A stretch of DNA of 64,000 nucleotides, taken from assembly GCF_017308015.1 (NCBI RefSeq), contig NZ_JAFKFW010000017.1:16783-80782 (forward strand), read 5' to 3'. This DNA comes from Bosea sp. (in: a-proteobacteria). Its GTDB lineage: Bacteria; Pseudomonadota; Alphaproteobacteria; Rhizobiales; Beijerinckiaceae. This document shows positions 38,089 to 46,423 of the stretch, piece after piece (the first letter of the stretch is position 1; every line of letters begins with the position of its first letter). The notes under the pieces are model-generated. The model saw nothing but the letters and a program-made list of their open reading frames with translations. It searched no databases and was not told where the DNA came from. Both the position numbers and the translations under genes were made by a program.

Positions 38089-38098
38089 GGGCTGGCCA

Positions 38099-38578
38099 AT
38101 GCCCTCCCGCAATCATCCGCTTCCGACGCGGCTCTATCTCGGCATTGCCGATCACTTCCCTGCTCGGCGCTCAGAGTGGGTGCTTGCGGGGATCATGGTC
38201 GTCTGGGGCTGGCTCCTGGTCGGGCCCGCGCCGGTCTTCGCTCAATCCAAGGCATGGTCGCAGATGGCGGCCATGATGAACGAGGCGACCTGGGGCTGGC
38301 TAGCGATCGGCGTAGGGGCGTTCCGACTGCTCGCGCTGATCATCAACGGCACCTTCGCCGGCACATGGTACGGGCGCTGGTCGCCGCACGTTCGGGCCCT
38401 CGCGTCTTTCCTGACCTGCTTTCTATGGTTCCAGATCAGCTTCGGCCTCTGGGCTTCCGATGCGGCGACGACTGGCCTTGCTGTGTACCCCGGCCTGCTT
38501 GTGCTCGACGCGATGAACATCGTGGCGGCGATGAAGGATGCCGCGGGCATGGACAAGGCCGTATCGGATGGACGCTAG
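38099..38578 (+). CDS. Multi-pass membrane protein in the lysis cassette
   Basis: About four hydrophobic segments. Confidence 0.7.
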   Translation: MPSRNHPLPTRLYLGIADHFPARRSEWVLAGIMVVWGWLLVGPAPVFAQSKAWSQMAAMMNEATWGWLAIGVGAFRLLALIINGTFAGTWYGRWSPHVRALASFLTCFLWFQISFGLWASDAATTGLAVYPGLLVLDAMNIVAAMKDAAGMDKAVSDGR

Positions 38579-38930
38579 CCCACTCACCACCGAGAACATC
38601 GTCGCCACGGTCGTCGCCGGCTTCGGGATCGGCATCCTCGGCATCTGGAAGTACCTGAAGGAGCTCAAGAGCCCGACGACGGCCAGTGGCGACCGGATCA
38701 TCCCCGGCCTGACGATCGCCGACATGCAGCCGATTCGGGACCTGGCCCTGGCGCAGGGGCGTAGCGCGGATGCGGCAGAGCGCACAGCGACGGCGCTGGA
38801 AAAGATGCTGGCCATCAGCCAGGAGCGCGCCGAGGACGCCGAGATCGTGCGTCGGGCCGAGATCCTCGCGCAAGAGATGTTGAAGCAATTACAGGTCACG
38901 ACGCCAGCGCGGCGTAGGCGAGGAACCTGA
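38568..38930 (+). CDS. Single-TM coiled-coil protein at the end of the lysis cassette
   Basis: N-terminal TM IVATVVAGFGIGILGIW, helical C-terminus. Confidence 0.65.
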   Translation: MDASPLTTENIVATVVAGFGIGILGIWKYLKELKSPTTASGDRIIPGLTIADMQPIRDLALAQGRSADAAERTATALEKMLAISQERAEDAEIVRRAEILAQEMLKQLQVTTPARRRRGT

Positions 38931-38976
38931 GCGCCGCAGGCCCGTTCCTCCTGCTCCACCTAGCAAGGCTTACTTG

Positions 38977-39009
38977 GCCCCGCTGGCTTCGGCTGGCGGG
39001 GCTTTTTTT
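38977..39009 (+). terminator. Late operon terminator
   Basis: GC stem with a C(TTCG)G loop and T7 tract. Confidence 0.9.
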
Positions 39010-39080
39010 CGTTCGATGTCTTGCTGAAGCGACGCACTAATGGTTCCTTCCGTTGCGTCAAACTTCCTGCGAGGAGAACG

Positions 39081-39320
39081 ATGATGTTGAGGCTTGTCAT
39101 GGGAGTTGCCACAACGCTTGCTATCGTTATGCCGGCGACCGCTCAGCAAAAAAGCGGCAGTCAGGGACAGCGGGTCTATGCCTGCGAGGAAATTCACAAG
39201 CGTTGCGTCAATCGCTCCGCTGGACGATCCGGGGCCTGCGATGGCTATTTCGCCGATGCCAAGCGAACGGGGATCTGGCCGGCGTTTGGGCAGTCTCCTG
39301 CCGTCGCGTGCCGTCGATAA
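39081..39320 (+). CDS. Small secreted Cys-rich protein (moron)
   Basis: GAGGAG RBS; signal peptide ending ATA-Q; four Cys. Confidence 0.75.
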   Translation: MMLRLVMGVATTLAIVMPATAQQKSGSQGQRVYACEEIHKRCVNRSAGRSGACDGYFADAKRTGIWPAFGQSPAVACRR

Positions 39321-39340
39321 ATTCATAATGGCAGTGCTCC

Positions 39341-39375
39341 GGCCCGGTCCCGCTCAGGCGGGGCCGGGCCTTTTT
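39341..39375 (+). terminator. Rho-independent terminator
   Basis: 13-bp GC stem plus TTTTT. Confidence 0.85.
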
Positions 39376-39415
39376 CGTTGCCCGCTGCGCGTCCGTGCGC
39401 ATAGCTTGTCTGATC

Positions 39416-39628
39416 ATGCCTTTGTCATCACTGCACGACCCAGCCGATCTTGCCCGCGCTCAAGGCGCTTTGGAAATCGCCTGGACACAGATCAAACCAA
39501 CGGTTCGGGAAGAGGATCGCGAGCGCGAGTACATCCGGCTAGCCTGCATCGTCGCGTCGTACGCCCTCGTCGCTCTCGACGAGGATGATCTGGCGCAGCG
39601 AGCACTGGACCGAATTTCGCAGGGTTGA
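39416..39628 (+). CDS. Small helical protein, paralogue of 40720..40959
   Basis: DP.D.ARA..A.EIAW...DE.DLA.RA shared. Confidence 0.7.
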   Translation: MPLSSLHDPADLARAQGALEIAWTQIKPTVREEDREREYIRLACIVASYALVALDEDDLAQRALDRISQG

Positions 39629-39645
39629 TCTTCGCTCGCGGCCGA

Positions 39646-39855
39646 TCACTGGACCGGCTGGGTCTTCGCCTGCTCCTGGCTGGCCTTCGCCAGCATCGCC
39701 TCGAGTTCGATCAGCGCGGTCATAGGCAGAACCAGGAGCAGGTCGGAATCTCCTCCTGTCTCGAATTTGATTGTCGCATCGCCGCGAGGGTCACTGCTCA
39801 GCGCGATGATGGCCGGCCTTACGACGGGAAGAACTACTGTCGGTTTGTCAGGCAT
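39646..39855 (-). CDS. Small hypothetical protein
   Basis: Protein-like composition. Confidence 0.55.
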   Translation of the reverse strand: MPDKPTVVLPVVRPAIIALSSDPRGDATIKFETGGDSDLLLVLPMTALIELEAMLAKASQEQAKTQPVQ

Positions 39856-39885
39856 GCCGAAAAGATAGCATTGCTTGGCGAAGCC

Positions 39886-40188
39886 TCAAGCGACGTTGTG
39901 GCCCTGGTGGTCGGCGCGCTGCTCTACAAATTTGAGCCGCACTGCTGCCGTGTTCGGCAAGCCGGTCTGCTTCAGCCAAGCAAGGAATTCAGCCGGCTTG
40001 ATCGTGACGATCTCCAGAGCTCGCCCCCGCGCAAGCCAGCCATTCATTACTGCAACCGCGTTGCGATGCCAGGTGTCATAGTCGGAGGGCATCTCATCAC
40101 GATCATGGGCGAGCTCCCAGATCTGCTGGAAGTCATCGCGCTCGTACCACGGCATGGCAACCGTGTACGCATCGAGGGTAGGTTTCAC
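39886..40188 (-). CDS. Hypothetical protein
   Basis: PWY...D...DR..MP..YD.W pattern; protein-like. Confidence 0.65.
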   Translation of the reverse strand: MKPTLDAYTVAMPWYERDDFQQIWELAHDRDEMPSDYDTWHRNAVAVMNGWLARGRALEIVTIKPAEFLAWLKQTGLPNTAAVRLKFVEQRADHQGHNVA

Positions 40189-40365
40189 TGTAAGGGCCGA
40201 TCGTCCGCGTGCGACGCGAAAACTGAGGGCTTGTGTCAGCAGATGGCTGACTTCGAAGTCAGAGTGAATGCGCTCCAGCCCCGCACGTCAATCCGCCGCT
40301 TACTCATAAACCGCAGGTTGAGCGCGGCAGGGTAGGGAGGCCGGAAGACGATCCCTGAGCTGCCG

Positions 40366-40611
40366 TCAAGGTTTGCCTTTGAGCATCCCATAGCGCTCGA
40401 TCTCGGCGCGCAGGTAGGCGACGGCAGCCTCTCCGCGCTTCAACTTCATGCTGCCCGAGCTGCCGTCCAGCGCGTCGTTCCGCTGCGCCAGCGGCAACCC
40501 GGCCAGGTACCGGACCTCGCATTCGTGCTTCCACTCTTCCGACCATGTCGAGACCTCCCGGCCAGCGAGGACGGAGAAGACGTGCGGCGGGTTATCGGGC
40601 GGGTATGGCAT
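40366..40611 (-). CDS. Hypothetical phage protein
   Basis: S.EW.HECE.RY...L motif. Confidence 0.65.
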   Translation of the reverse strand: MPYPPDNPPHVFSVLAGREVSTWSEEWKHECEVRYLAGLPLAQRNDALDGSSGSMKLKRGEAAVAYLRAEIERYGMLKGKP

Positions 40612-40719
40612 ACGCCCGCTATCGCAGATTCGCGCATTGAGGACAGCGTTTCATGGCCGGAACATTTCCTGTCGCGGCGCGTCCAGAGTGCGCGAGTTTA
40701 GCGACCCAGAGGGCCATCG

Positions 40720-40959
40720 ATGACCGAATCCAACCCGTTCGCTATCCTTGGGGACCCGCTGGACATTGCTCGGGCAGAGCGCGCGACGGAAATTGCTTGG
40801 AGCTATGTCGAAGCTGGCATCCCGTCTCCGGAGCGAGATCGGCAACGCATGCGGATGGTTTACGTGGTCGTGTCGCTGGCGATTGAGCGAGCGGACGAGC
40901 CGACCGACCTCGCGCATCGAGCGATCCGCCGCTTTCAAGAGCGGCAACTCCGGCGCTGA
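40720..40959 (+). CDS. Small helical protein, paralogue of 39416..39628
   Basis: Shared motifs; GAGGG RBS. Confidence 0.7.
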   Translation: MTESNPFAILGDPLDIARAERATEIAWSYVEAGIPSPERDRQRMRMVYVVVSLAIERADEPTDLAHRAIRRFQERQLRR

Positions 40960-40960
40960 C

Positions 40961-41248
40961 TCAGGTCTTTCCCTTTCGCGCGGCGTCGATCAACGCGTAG
41001 TGCTCATGGGTGTCGCCCCGTGAGATAAGGTTCTTCGAACCGCAGACGGAGCATCGATAGCGCAGGCAGATGTCGGGGATAGGTGTCTCGGGCGGGAGAT
41101 CGCTGACGTCGATCCCATTCCCGTAGCGCCGGCAATCGTTGCAGAAAATTTCGATCTTGCGCCTCCCGAGAGCCAGGTGGCTGCCCACAGTGGCCGGCTG
41201 TATTTCACGCCCGTCTCTGTCATAGGCGCGCCGTGGATTGCGTTTCAT
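40961..41248 (-). CDS. Zn-ribbon protein
   Basis: CNDC and CSVC pairs; ATGA overlap with 41245..41499. Confidence 0.75.
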   Translation of the reverse strand: MKRNPRRAYDRDGREIQPATVGSHLALGRRKIEIFCNDCRRYGNGIDVSDLPPETPIPDICLRYRCSVCGSKNLISRGDTHEHYALIDAARKGKT

Positions 41249-41499
41249 AGCGCCCTGATCTGCTCCTCGAATTCCTGCGGGATTGCACCGTGCCGCGCCA
41301 GCACCTCGAGATCGCTGACCTCGCCGGTTTCGTCATCGGCCGTGACGTGGATGACCGCTACACCCTCTGCGGAACGGCTCAGGCGCTCGCCCTCGTTCAA
41401 GGCGTGGGGCTTGGTCTTCGCCAGCACACGCTGACCGGGCACGAGCCGCTTTCGATGCGTCTTGAAGGGCTGCAGGAAGAACGTGTCGACGGTGGCCAT
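41245..41499 (-). CDS. Hypothetical protein downstream of the SOS box
   Basis: GAGGAG RBS; first gene of the leftward unit. Confidence 0.75.
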   Translation of the reverse strand: MATVDTFFLQPFKTHRKRLVPGQRVLAKTKPHALNEGERLSRSAEGVAVIHVTADDETGEVSDLEVLARHGAIPQEFEEQIRAL

Positions 41500-41522
41500 G
41501 GGTTGACTCCTCTGAGTGGTTT

Positions 41523-41537
41523 GTTCTCATAATGTTC
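41523..41537. promoter_or_regulatory. Alphaproteobacterial LexA (SOS) box GTTC-N7-GTTC
   Basis: GTTC TCATAAT GTTC is an exact consensus, in the ~60-bp gap between divergent genes. Confidence 0.8.
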
Positions 41538-41558
41538 TCATATCCGAGGACGCAAGCC

Positions 41559-41786
41559 ATGTCACCCGAACCAGCCGATCAGTATGTCGAAGACACGTCG
41601 CTGGACGCGGAAATCTCAGGAATCGTCGCGACGCTCTTGGAGGAGCACGGCTCGGAGCACGCCGCACTCAGGGCGCTGGCGCATGACTTTATCGTGCTGC
41701 TGGCCGACGCTGATCGGTCAGTCTCGCGCGGCTATCTGCGTGGTTTGTTTTCGCAGGGAGCGCGGCCGGCCCGCGAGCCAGAATGA
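41559..41786 (+). CDS. Small hypothetical protein
   Basis: GAGG RBS, ATG 41559; first gene of the rightward unit. Confidence 0.7.
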   Translation: MSPEPADQYVEDTSLDAEISGIVATLLEEHGSEHAALRALAHDFIVLLADADRSVSRGYLRGLFSQGARPAREPE

Positions 41787-41789
41787 ACC

Positions 41790-42167
41790 ATGGGGCCGCC
41801 GGACGAAGAAACACCTCTGCGGGATTTCCCATGGGTCGTTGTACGGCTTCGGTGCACGTGGTGCAGACGCGGCGGGAGCTACCGCGTGGCGGATATCGCC
41901 GCGAAGCACGGCAGCCGGATTACGATCGGCATGATCGTCGTTGCCTTCATGGAAGGCTGCGAGTGGCGGCCCTGGAACCCCGCCCGAAAGCCTCAAAAAT
42001 ACGGAATGAGATGCGGCGGCTACTGCCCGGACCTGCGCAGGCCCGACCCGCCCGATCTGCCGCCGTCGATGATCGGGCTCAACCTGATCGAGGGAGGCAA
42101 GGATGAGCAGCTACCAGCAGAGCCAAGCCGGCAGCCCCGACGTCGTCGTGTCGGTTCTTCGGATTGA
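41790..42167 (+). CDS. Cys-rich putative Zn-binding protein
   Basis: CTWC plus later C, C and C; FPW motif. Confidence 0.7.
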   Translation: MGPPDEETPLRDFPWVVVRLRCTWCRRGGSYRVADIAAKHGSRITIGMIVVAFMEGCEWRPWNPARKPQKYGMRCGGYCPDLRRPDPPDLPPSMIGLNLIEGGKDEQLPAEPSRQPRRRRVGSSD

Positions 42168-42468
42168 CCGGGAGACCATGGAGCGCCTGCCGCTGACTGA
42201 CGAGCAGGCAGCCGTTGCGACTGCCGCTGTAGGTGCTGTGTTCGCGGCTGCAGGCGTCACACCGAACCTCGTCGCCACCGCTGAATGGGAGGTCGAGGGT
42301 TGGGACATCGCCGGTTTCCCGGAGCCGGGGCCGGGAGAATGGTTCGACATCCTGATGGTCAAGGGCGAGGCGCACGATGCCGCAGATCAGGCATTGGCTG
42401 CGAAGTGGCCGGAACTTCAAGGCCAATGGACCGAGCTTCAGCTATACGCCCCCGCCGAACCCGCATAG
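42103..42468 (+). CDS. Hypothetical protein
   Basis: GGAGG RBS; lies between the Zn protein and SRAP. Confidence 0.6.
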   Translation: MSSYQQSQAGSPDVVVSVLRIDRETMERLPLTDEQAAVATAAVGAVFAAAGVTPNLVATAEWEVEGWDIAGFPEPGPGEWFDILMVKGEAHDAADQALAAKWPELQGQWTELQLYAPAEPA

Positions 42469-42477
42469 GCTCAGGCC

Positions 42478-43209
42478 ATGTGCAATCTCTACAGCCACAC
42501 CCGGAACGTCGAGGCGATGCGCAAGCTCTTCGCCAAGTTCAACGATGCCGGCGTGAACGTGCCGCCTCTGCCGGGGATCTTCCCGGACTACGCCGCGCCG
42601 ATCGTCAGGAACGACGAAGGCGGGCCGCGGCTGGCGATGACGCGCTGGGGCATGCCGTCATCCAAGAAGGCGCTGCTCGACGCCGCCACGAAGCGCGCTG
42701 ATAAGCTGCGCGCGAAGGACAAGGATGTCGACTTCGACCACCTTCTCCGCATGGAGCCCGATGGCGGCACCACGAACGTCCGCAATACCTCGAGCTCGCA
42801 CTGGAAGCGTTGGCTCGGAGTCGAAAGCCGATGCCTGGTGCCCTTCAACAGCTTCAGCGAGTTCGACTGGAGCACCAAGCAAGACGTCTGGTTTGCATTC
42901 GGGGAGGAACGGCCTACAGCCTTCTTCGCCGGTATCTGGGCGCGCCAGTGGACGTCCGTCCGCAAGGTGAAGACCGGCGAGGAGACGATCGACCTCTACG
43001 CCTTCCTGACGACCGATCCGAATGCCGAGGTTGGCGCCATCCACCCGAAGGCTATGCCGGTAATCCTGACGACGCCGGAAGAGTGCGAGACCTGGATGAC
43101 GGCGCCATGGGAGCAGGCGAGGGCACTTCAACGCCCTCTGCCGGATGGCTCGCTCGATATCGTCGCCCGCGGTGGGAAGAAGGATGGCGACATTACTGAA
43201 CGACCTTGA
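42478..43209 (+). CDS. SRAP / HMCES-like abasic-site processing protein
   Basis: Starts MC; RWG.P, TNVRN, RCLVP...F.E, FAGIW, IH.KAMPVIL motifs. Confidence 0.95.
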   Translation: MCNLYSHTRNVEAMRKLFAKFNDAGVNVPPLPGIFPDYAAPIVRNDEGGPRLAMTRWGMPSSKKALLDAATKRADKLRAKDKDVDFDHLLRMEPDGGTTNVRNTSSSHWKRWLGVESRCLVPFNSFSEFDWSTKQDVWFAFGEERPTAFFAGIWARQWTSVRKVKTGEETIDLYAFLTTDPNAEVGAIHPKAMPVILTTPEECETWMTAPWEQARALQRPLPDGSLDIVARGGKKDGDITERP

Positions 43210-43245
43210 TTGAAAAATTGACGGGCTTCGAACGTCGATCGGCGC

Positions 43246-43530
43246 TCACTTCGGAGTGGTGTTTTCCCGCCGCTGCGTGTCCTCATCGATGGCCGCCGTG
43301 CTCTTGCCGCCACCTGGCTTTACAAAGCCAATCATCCCAATGACAGCTTTCACGCCCATTGTGATCCAAGTGAAAAAGCTCGGTTTAGCCGCCGGACTTT
43401 CTGGAATCGTAGTTGGTACTGAAGCTATCGGTGCAGGCTCAGGAGAAAGACGTGCGACAAGCCGATCATAATCGGATTGAGTGATCTCGCCATTGGCAAG
43501 AAGAATTTGAAATGCTTGTCGCGCAGTCAT
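43246..43530 (-). CDS. Small protein with a SHOCT-like N-terminus and one hydrophobic segment
   Basis: LL.NGEITQ.DYD; lower-GC patch. Confidence 0.55.
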   Translation of the reverse strand: MTARQAFQILLANGEITQSDYDRLVARLSPEPAPIASVPTTIPESPAAKPSFFTWITMGVKAVIGMIGFVKPGGGKSTAAIDEDTQRRENTTPK

Positions 43531-43617
43531 GAAGAGATTTCCGGGAAGCGACGCAGGGAAATAATAGCAATCCTGAGCCGGTCGAGCAAGGAAAGGCTGC
43601 CATTCCGGGAGTCCTCG

Positions 43618-43749
43618 CTAATATTTGAACAAGCCCGCCCATAGCTTCCGTGCCTGCTCAAAGAACACGGCCCACCAGATTACGGCTCCTGCCACCAAGG
43701 GAAACAGCAGCCACCAGCGGGCTATAAACGAAGGGCGAGAGTCTCTCAT
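43618..43749 (-). CDS. 43-aa single-TM peptide
   Basis: MRDSRPSFIARWWLLFPLVAGAVIWWAVFF..., the tail of ORF 43618..43929. Confidence 0.4.
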   Translation of the reverse strand: MRDSRPSFIARWWLLFPLVAGAVIWWAVFFEQARKLWAGLFKY

Positions 43750-43834
43750 CGCCAAGCCCCTGTCACCCACCCGTATATCCCTACGAACACCAGAGCCATG
43801 ATGGTCATCATGATGGTGATGCCGTTGGGGCGGA

Positions 43835-44299
43835 TCATGAGGTGCGCGATCCGACGACCTCGCCCAGACCGAGGTCGTCCTCGGCAGCCCGTATGGCTGC
43901 TGCAGCCTTCGGTGCCATGTCGCTGACACGCTGAAGCCCAGCCAGTGCTATCTCAAGCTTCTTTGACAGCACCGCGTTCACCTCCCTCTCCGCAGCGAGC
44001 GCTGCTTCGGCGGCCGCAAGTCGAACGCAGGCGCTTCCGATCGCATCGTTTTTCTCGTCGAAACGCTGCTGAAGCGCTACAATCTTCCGCTCCTTCCCCG
44101 CCAGGATCGGGGCGAAGAGGGCTTTGACCCTTGCGACGCATTCGGTGAGGTCCGCGCCATCATAGGTCATCGGGAGGATTTCGGCCTCGATCTGCTCGTC
44201 TGTCGGCATCTCGGCAGGGGCGGCGCGATCAGCAAACATCTGCGTGATCCTGGCGGTTTCTTCGGCCTGCATGACGTCGCGCGGGTCCTTCTTATCCAT
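43835..44299 (-). CDS. Hypothetical coiled-coil phage protein
   Basis: Coupled to the upstream gene. Confidence 0.65.
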   Translation of the reverse strand: MDKKDPRDVMQAEETARITQMFADRAAPAEMPTDEQIEAEILPMTYDGADLTECVARVKALFAPILAGKERKIVALQQRFDEKNDAIGSACVRLAAAEAALAAEREVNAVLSKKLEIALAGLQRVSDMAPKAAAAIRAAEDDLGLGEVVGSRTS

Positions 44300-44501
44300 G
44301 GCTGGCCTCGTCGAGGGCGCGGCGGCCGGCTTCGGTCAGGCGGTAGCGGAAATTAATAAGCCCCACATAGCCAGCGGCCTTCAGCGCTTTCCAGCGTTCG
44401 CGGATCTGCGCATCCGTTCCCGGTGCCTCCATGTGCCCGTTGTTGTCATCGACATCGCGAAGGGCCGCGATGATGTCGACCTCTTCCGTCTTCTCAGCCA
44501 T
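44292..44501 (-). CDS. Small hypothetical protein
   Basis: Start MAEKTEE overlaps the DUF4326 stop. Confidence 0.6.
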   Translation of the reverse strand: MAEKTEEVDIIAALRDVDDNNGHMEAPGTDAQIRERWKALKAAGYVGLINFRYRLTEAGRRALDEASHG

Positions 44502-44949
44502 GCTCTGCCTCATCGATTTGGTTGTGGTTGGCATCCGCGAGACCGGCAGGGCGGTTTGCCAGTTCCAAGAGAACGTCCGCGTGGCACGGCGCTCCGGGCT
44601 TGCACCAGCAGGCGAGGTTCTTGCCGCGTAGTGGGGCGAGGTTTGGCAGCCGATCGACGTGGCGCAGACGGAATAACTCGACGCGAGCTTGTTGCTCGTT
44701 GGCCCAATAGAGCTGTTCACCGAGGATCTCTTCGGCGATGCCGTTCATGACCTCGCCGTCAGGCCCTTCGATCAGCGGCCATCCCTCTTCGTTGATGACG
44801 GTGAAGGGGTTCCCAAACCGAGACGGGCGCGCGACGTTGACGGCCGGGAGGCCATTCGTCTCCATCGACCACGCCTGAAGGTCGAAACCTTTCCGACGCG
44901 AAAGCTGGAGACGAGTAGGTGGGGATATTTCGCGGATGCCACCCATCAC
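44494..44949 (-). CDS. DUF4326 protein (copy 1)
   Basis: R.QLSR.KG, V.RPS.FGNPF, L.GKNLACWC....CHADVLLELAN. Confidence 0.9.
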   Translation of the reverse strand: MMGGIREISPPTRLQLSRRKGFDLQAWSMETNGLPAVNVARPSRFGNPFTVINEEGWPLIEGPDGEVMNGIAEEILGEQLYWANEQQARVELFRLRHVDRLPNLAPLRGKNLACWCKPGAPCHADVLLELANRPAGLADANHNQIDEAEHG

Positions 44950-45740
44950 ACTCCCCCCTTCTCTGAGGAGATGCAGGAGCGGACGCGCTGCTCGTAATCG
45001 GCTTGTGCTGCGGCTTTGGCGGCATCCGGCGTATCGAGCCGCGCCGTCCAGTGCGTGTGATCATGCGCGATGTGGTATCCGTCGAACTCGGTGCTGATCT
45101 CGTAGAACGTGCCGAGCGCCGTTTCCGCATCCCAGCGGTCGATCTCGCCTTCCGTCTCGTACTCGTTCCAGACCAGCCCCTTGACCTCCACCGCAGAGGG
45201 AGATGGCCGGGTGTAGGCCGCGATCTGTCGCAGAGCTTCAGGGCTGAGCATCGGGCCGTGTCGCCACTCGCTGACGATGCGAGCGATTTCAGCCATCTCG
45301 GCCATGCCTGCGCCCGCCTCGTCCTCCGCCCCTACAGTCGGGGGCGGGGAGAGGGCGGCGAGAACAAACTCGACGACTTCTCTTACCTTGTCGTCGTGCT
45401 TCCGGCGCATGGACGGCGACATGAAGTCCCGGTCATCGCCTGACATGTTCGGGTTGCCGCGCCATCCAGCAGCCATCAATCGGCTAGCTTGGTCGATCAC
45501 CGCCTCCACGCTCGCCTGCGCTGGTGCGTCGTTGGTCATGGGCGGGGAGAGGGCCGATAGAAATTCTGCGGCCTTGGCACGAGCGGCGTTCATGCTGCCG
45601 ATGGATTGTAGCTGCATGAACGATGGCGCAGACTGGTTGAGGCGGTAGTCGTCATCGAACGCCTTGAAAGCTTCAGGCGCGATCAGACGTGCCAATGCCT
45701 CCACGTTTGCCTGCTTTGATGTGGTGTTGGTCATGGGCAA
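44946..45740 (-). CDS. Mosaic phage protein with a C-terminal KAAAQAD domain
   Basis: Coupled genes; C-terminus paralogous to 36337..36552. Confidence 0.7.
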   Translation of the reverse strand: MPMTNTTSKQANVEALARLIAPEAFKAFDDDYRLNQSAPSFMQLQSIGSMNAARAKAAEFLSALSPPMTNDAPAQASVEAVIDQASRLMAAGWRGNPNMSGDDRDFMSPSMRRKHDDKVREVVEFVLAALSPPPTVGAEDEAGAGMAEMAEIARIVSEWRHGPMLSPEALRQIAAYTRPSPSAVEVKGLVWNEYETEGEIDRWDAETALGTFYEISTEFDGYHIAHDHTHWTARLDTPDAAKAAAQADYEQRVRSCISSEKGGV

Positions 45741-46423
45741 TCTCCCCTAAAAAGGGATTGTTGTTCGGCTTTCGGCGCTGGCGTCAGGTCGAGTCGGGGG
45801 CGCTTCAATTCGTCGGCAATGCGCCGGCAAGCTATGTCGAAATAGCGCGGCTCGATCTCGATACCGGAGAAGCGTCGACCCATTCGAACGCATGCCACGC
45901 CAGTTGTGCCTGAACCCATGAAGGGGTCAGCAACGGAGGCCTCAGACGGCAGAAAACCTATGCACCACTCCATAAGCGGCAACGGCTTCTGCGTCGGGTG
46001 CTCTTTTGCGAACTGATTGTTCCCGCTGATCAGTGAGGTTGTTGCGAAATTGAAGGCACGGACTGGTTGATCGAGCGTCGTCCACGCCATCTCACAATGG
46101 CCTGACGAAAAATTTCGAACGATCTTGTCCCAGATCAGCCAGCCCCTGCGTGGTGGCAGGGCGTAATAGGCGCCGCCCCAGATAATCGCGTGCTCGAACT
46201 CGCGAATGATGCTTTCCAGTTCACCCACGGTCGTCTCATCCCAAAGGACGCAGTCCGAACGCATCAAAGACCATTCAGTAGCACCTCCCTTTCGAAGAAG
46301 GTCCCCCAATCCATATGGAGGATCCGAGACAACGGCATCAATCTTCCCGAGCCGCGGCAGTATCTCGCGGCAGTCGCCGAGGTAGAGGGCTACTGAATCG
46401 GACATGTGCTCGACGTGCTTCAT
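45731..46423 (-). CDS. DNA methyltransferase (N6-A/N4-C, beta-type order)
   Basis: GDC, DPPYG, HPTQKP, DPFMGSGTTG, GIE motifs. Confidence 0.93.
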   Translation of the reverse strand: MKHVEHMSDSVALYLGDCREILPRLGKIDAVVSDPPYGLGDLLRKGGATEWSLMRSDCVLWDETTVGELESIIREFEHAIIWGGAYYALPPRRGWLIWDKIVRNFSSGHCEMAWTTLDQPVRAFNFATTSLISGNNQFAKEHPTQKPLPLMEWCIGFLPSEASVADPFMGSGTTGVACVRMGRRFSGIEIEPRYFDIACRRIADELKRPRLDLTPAPKAEQQSLFRGDCP

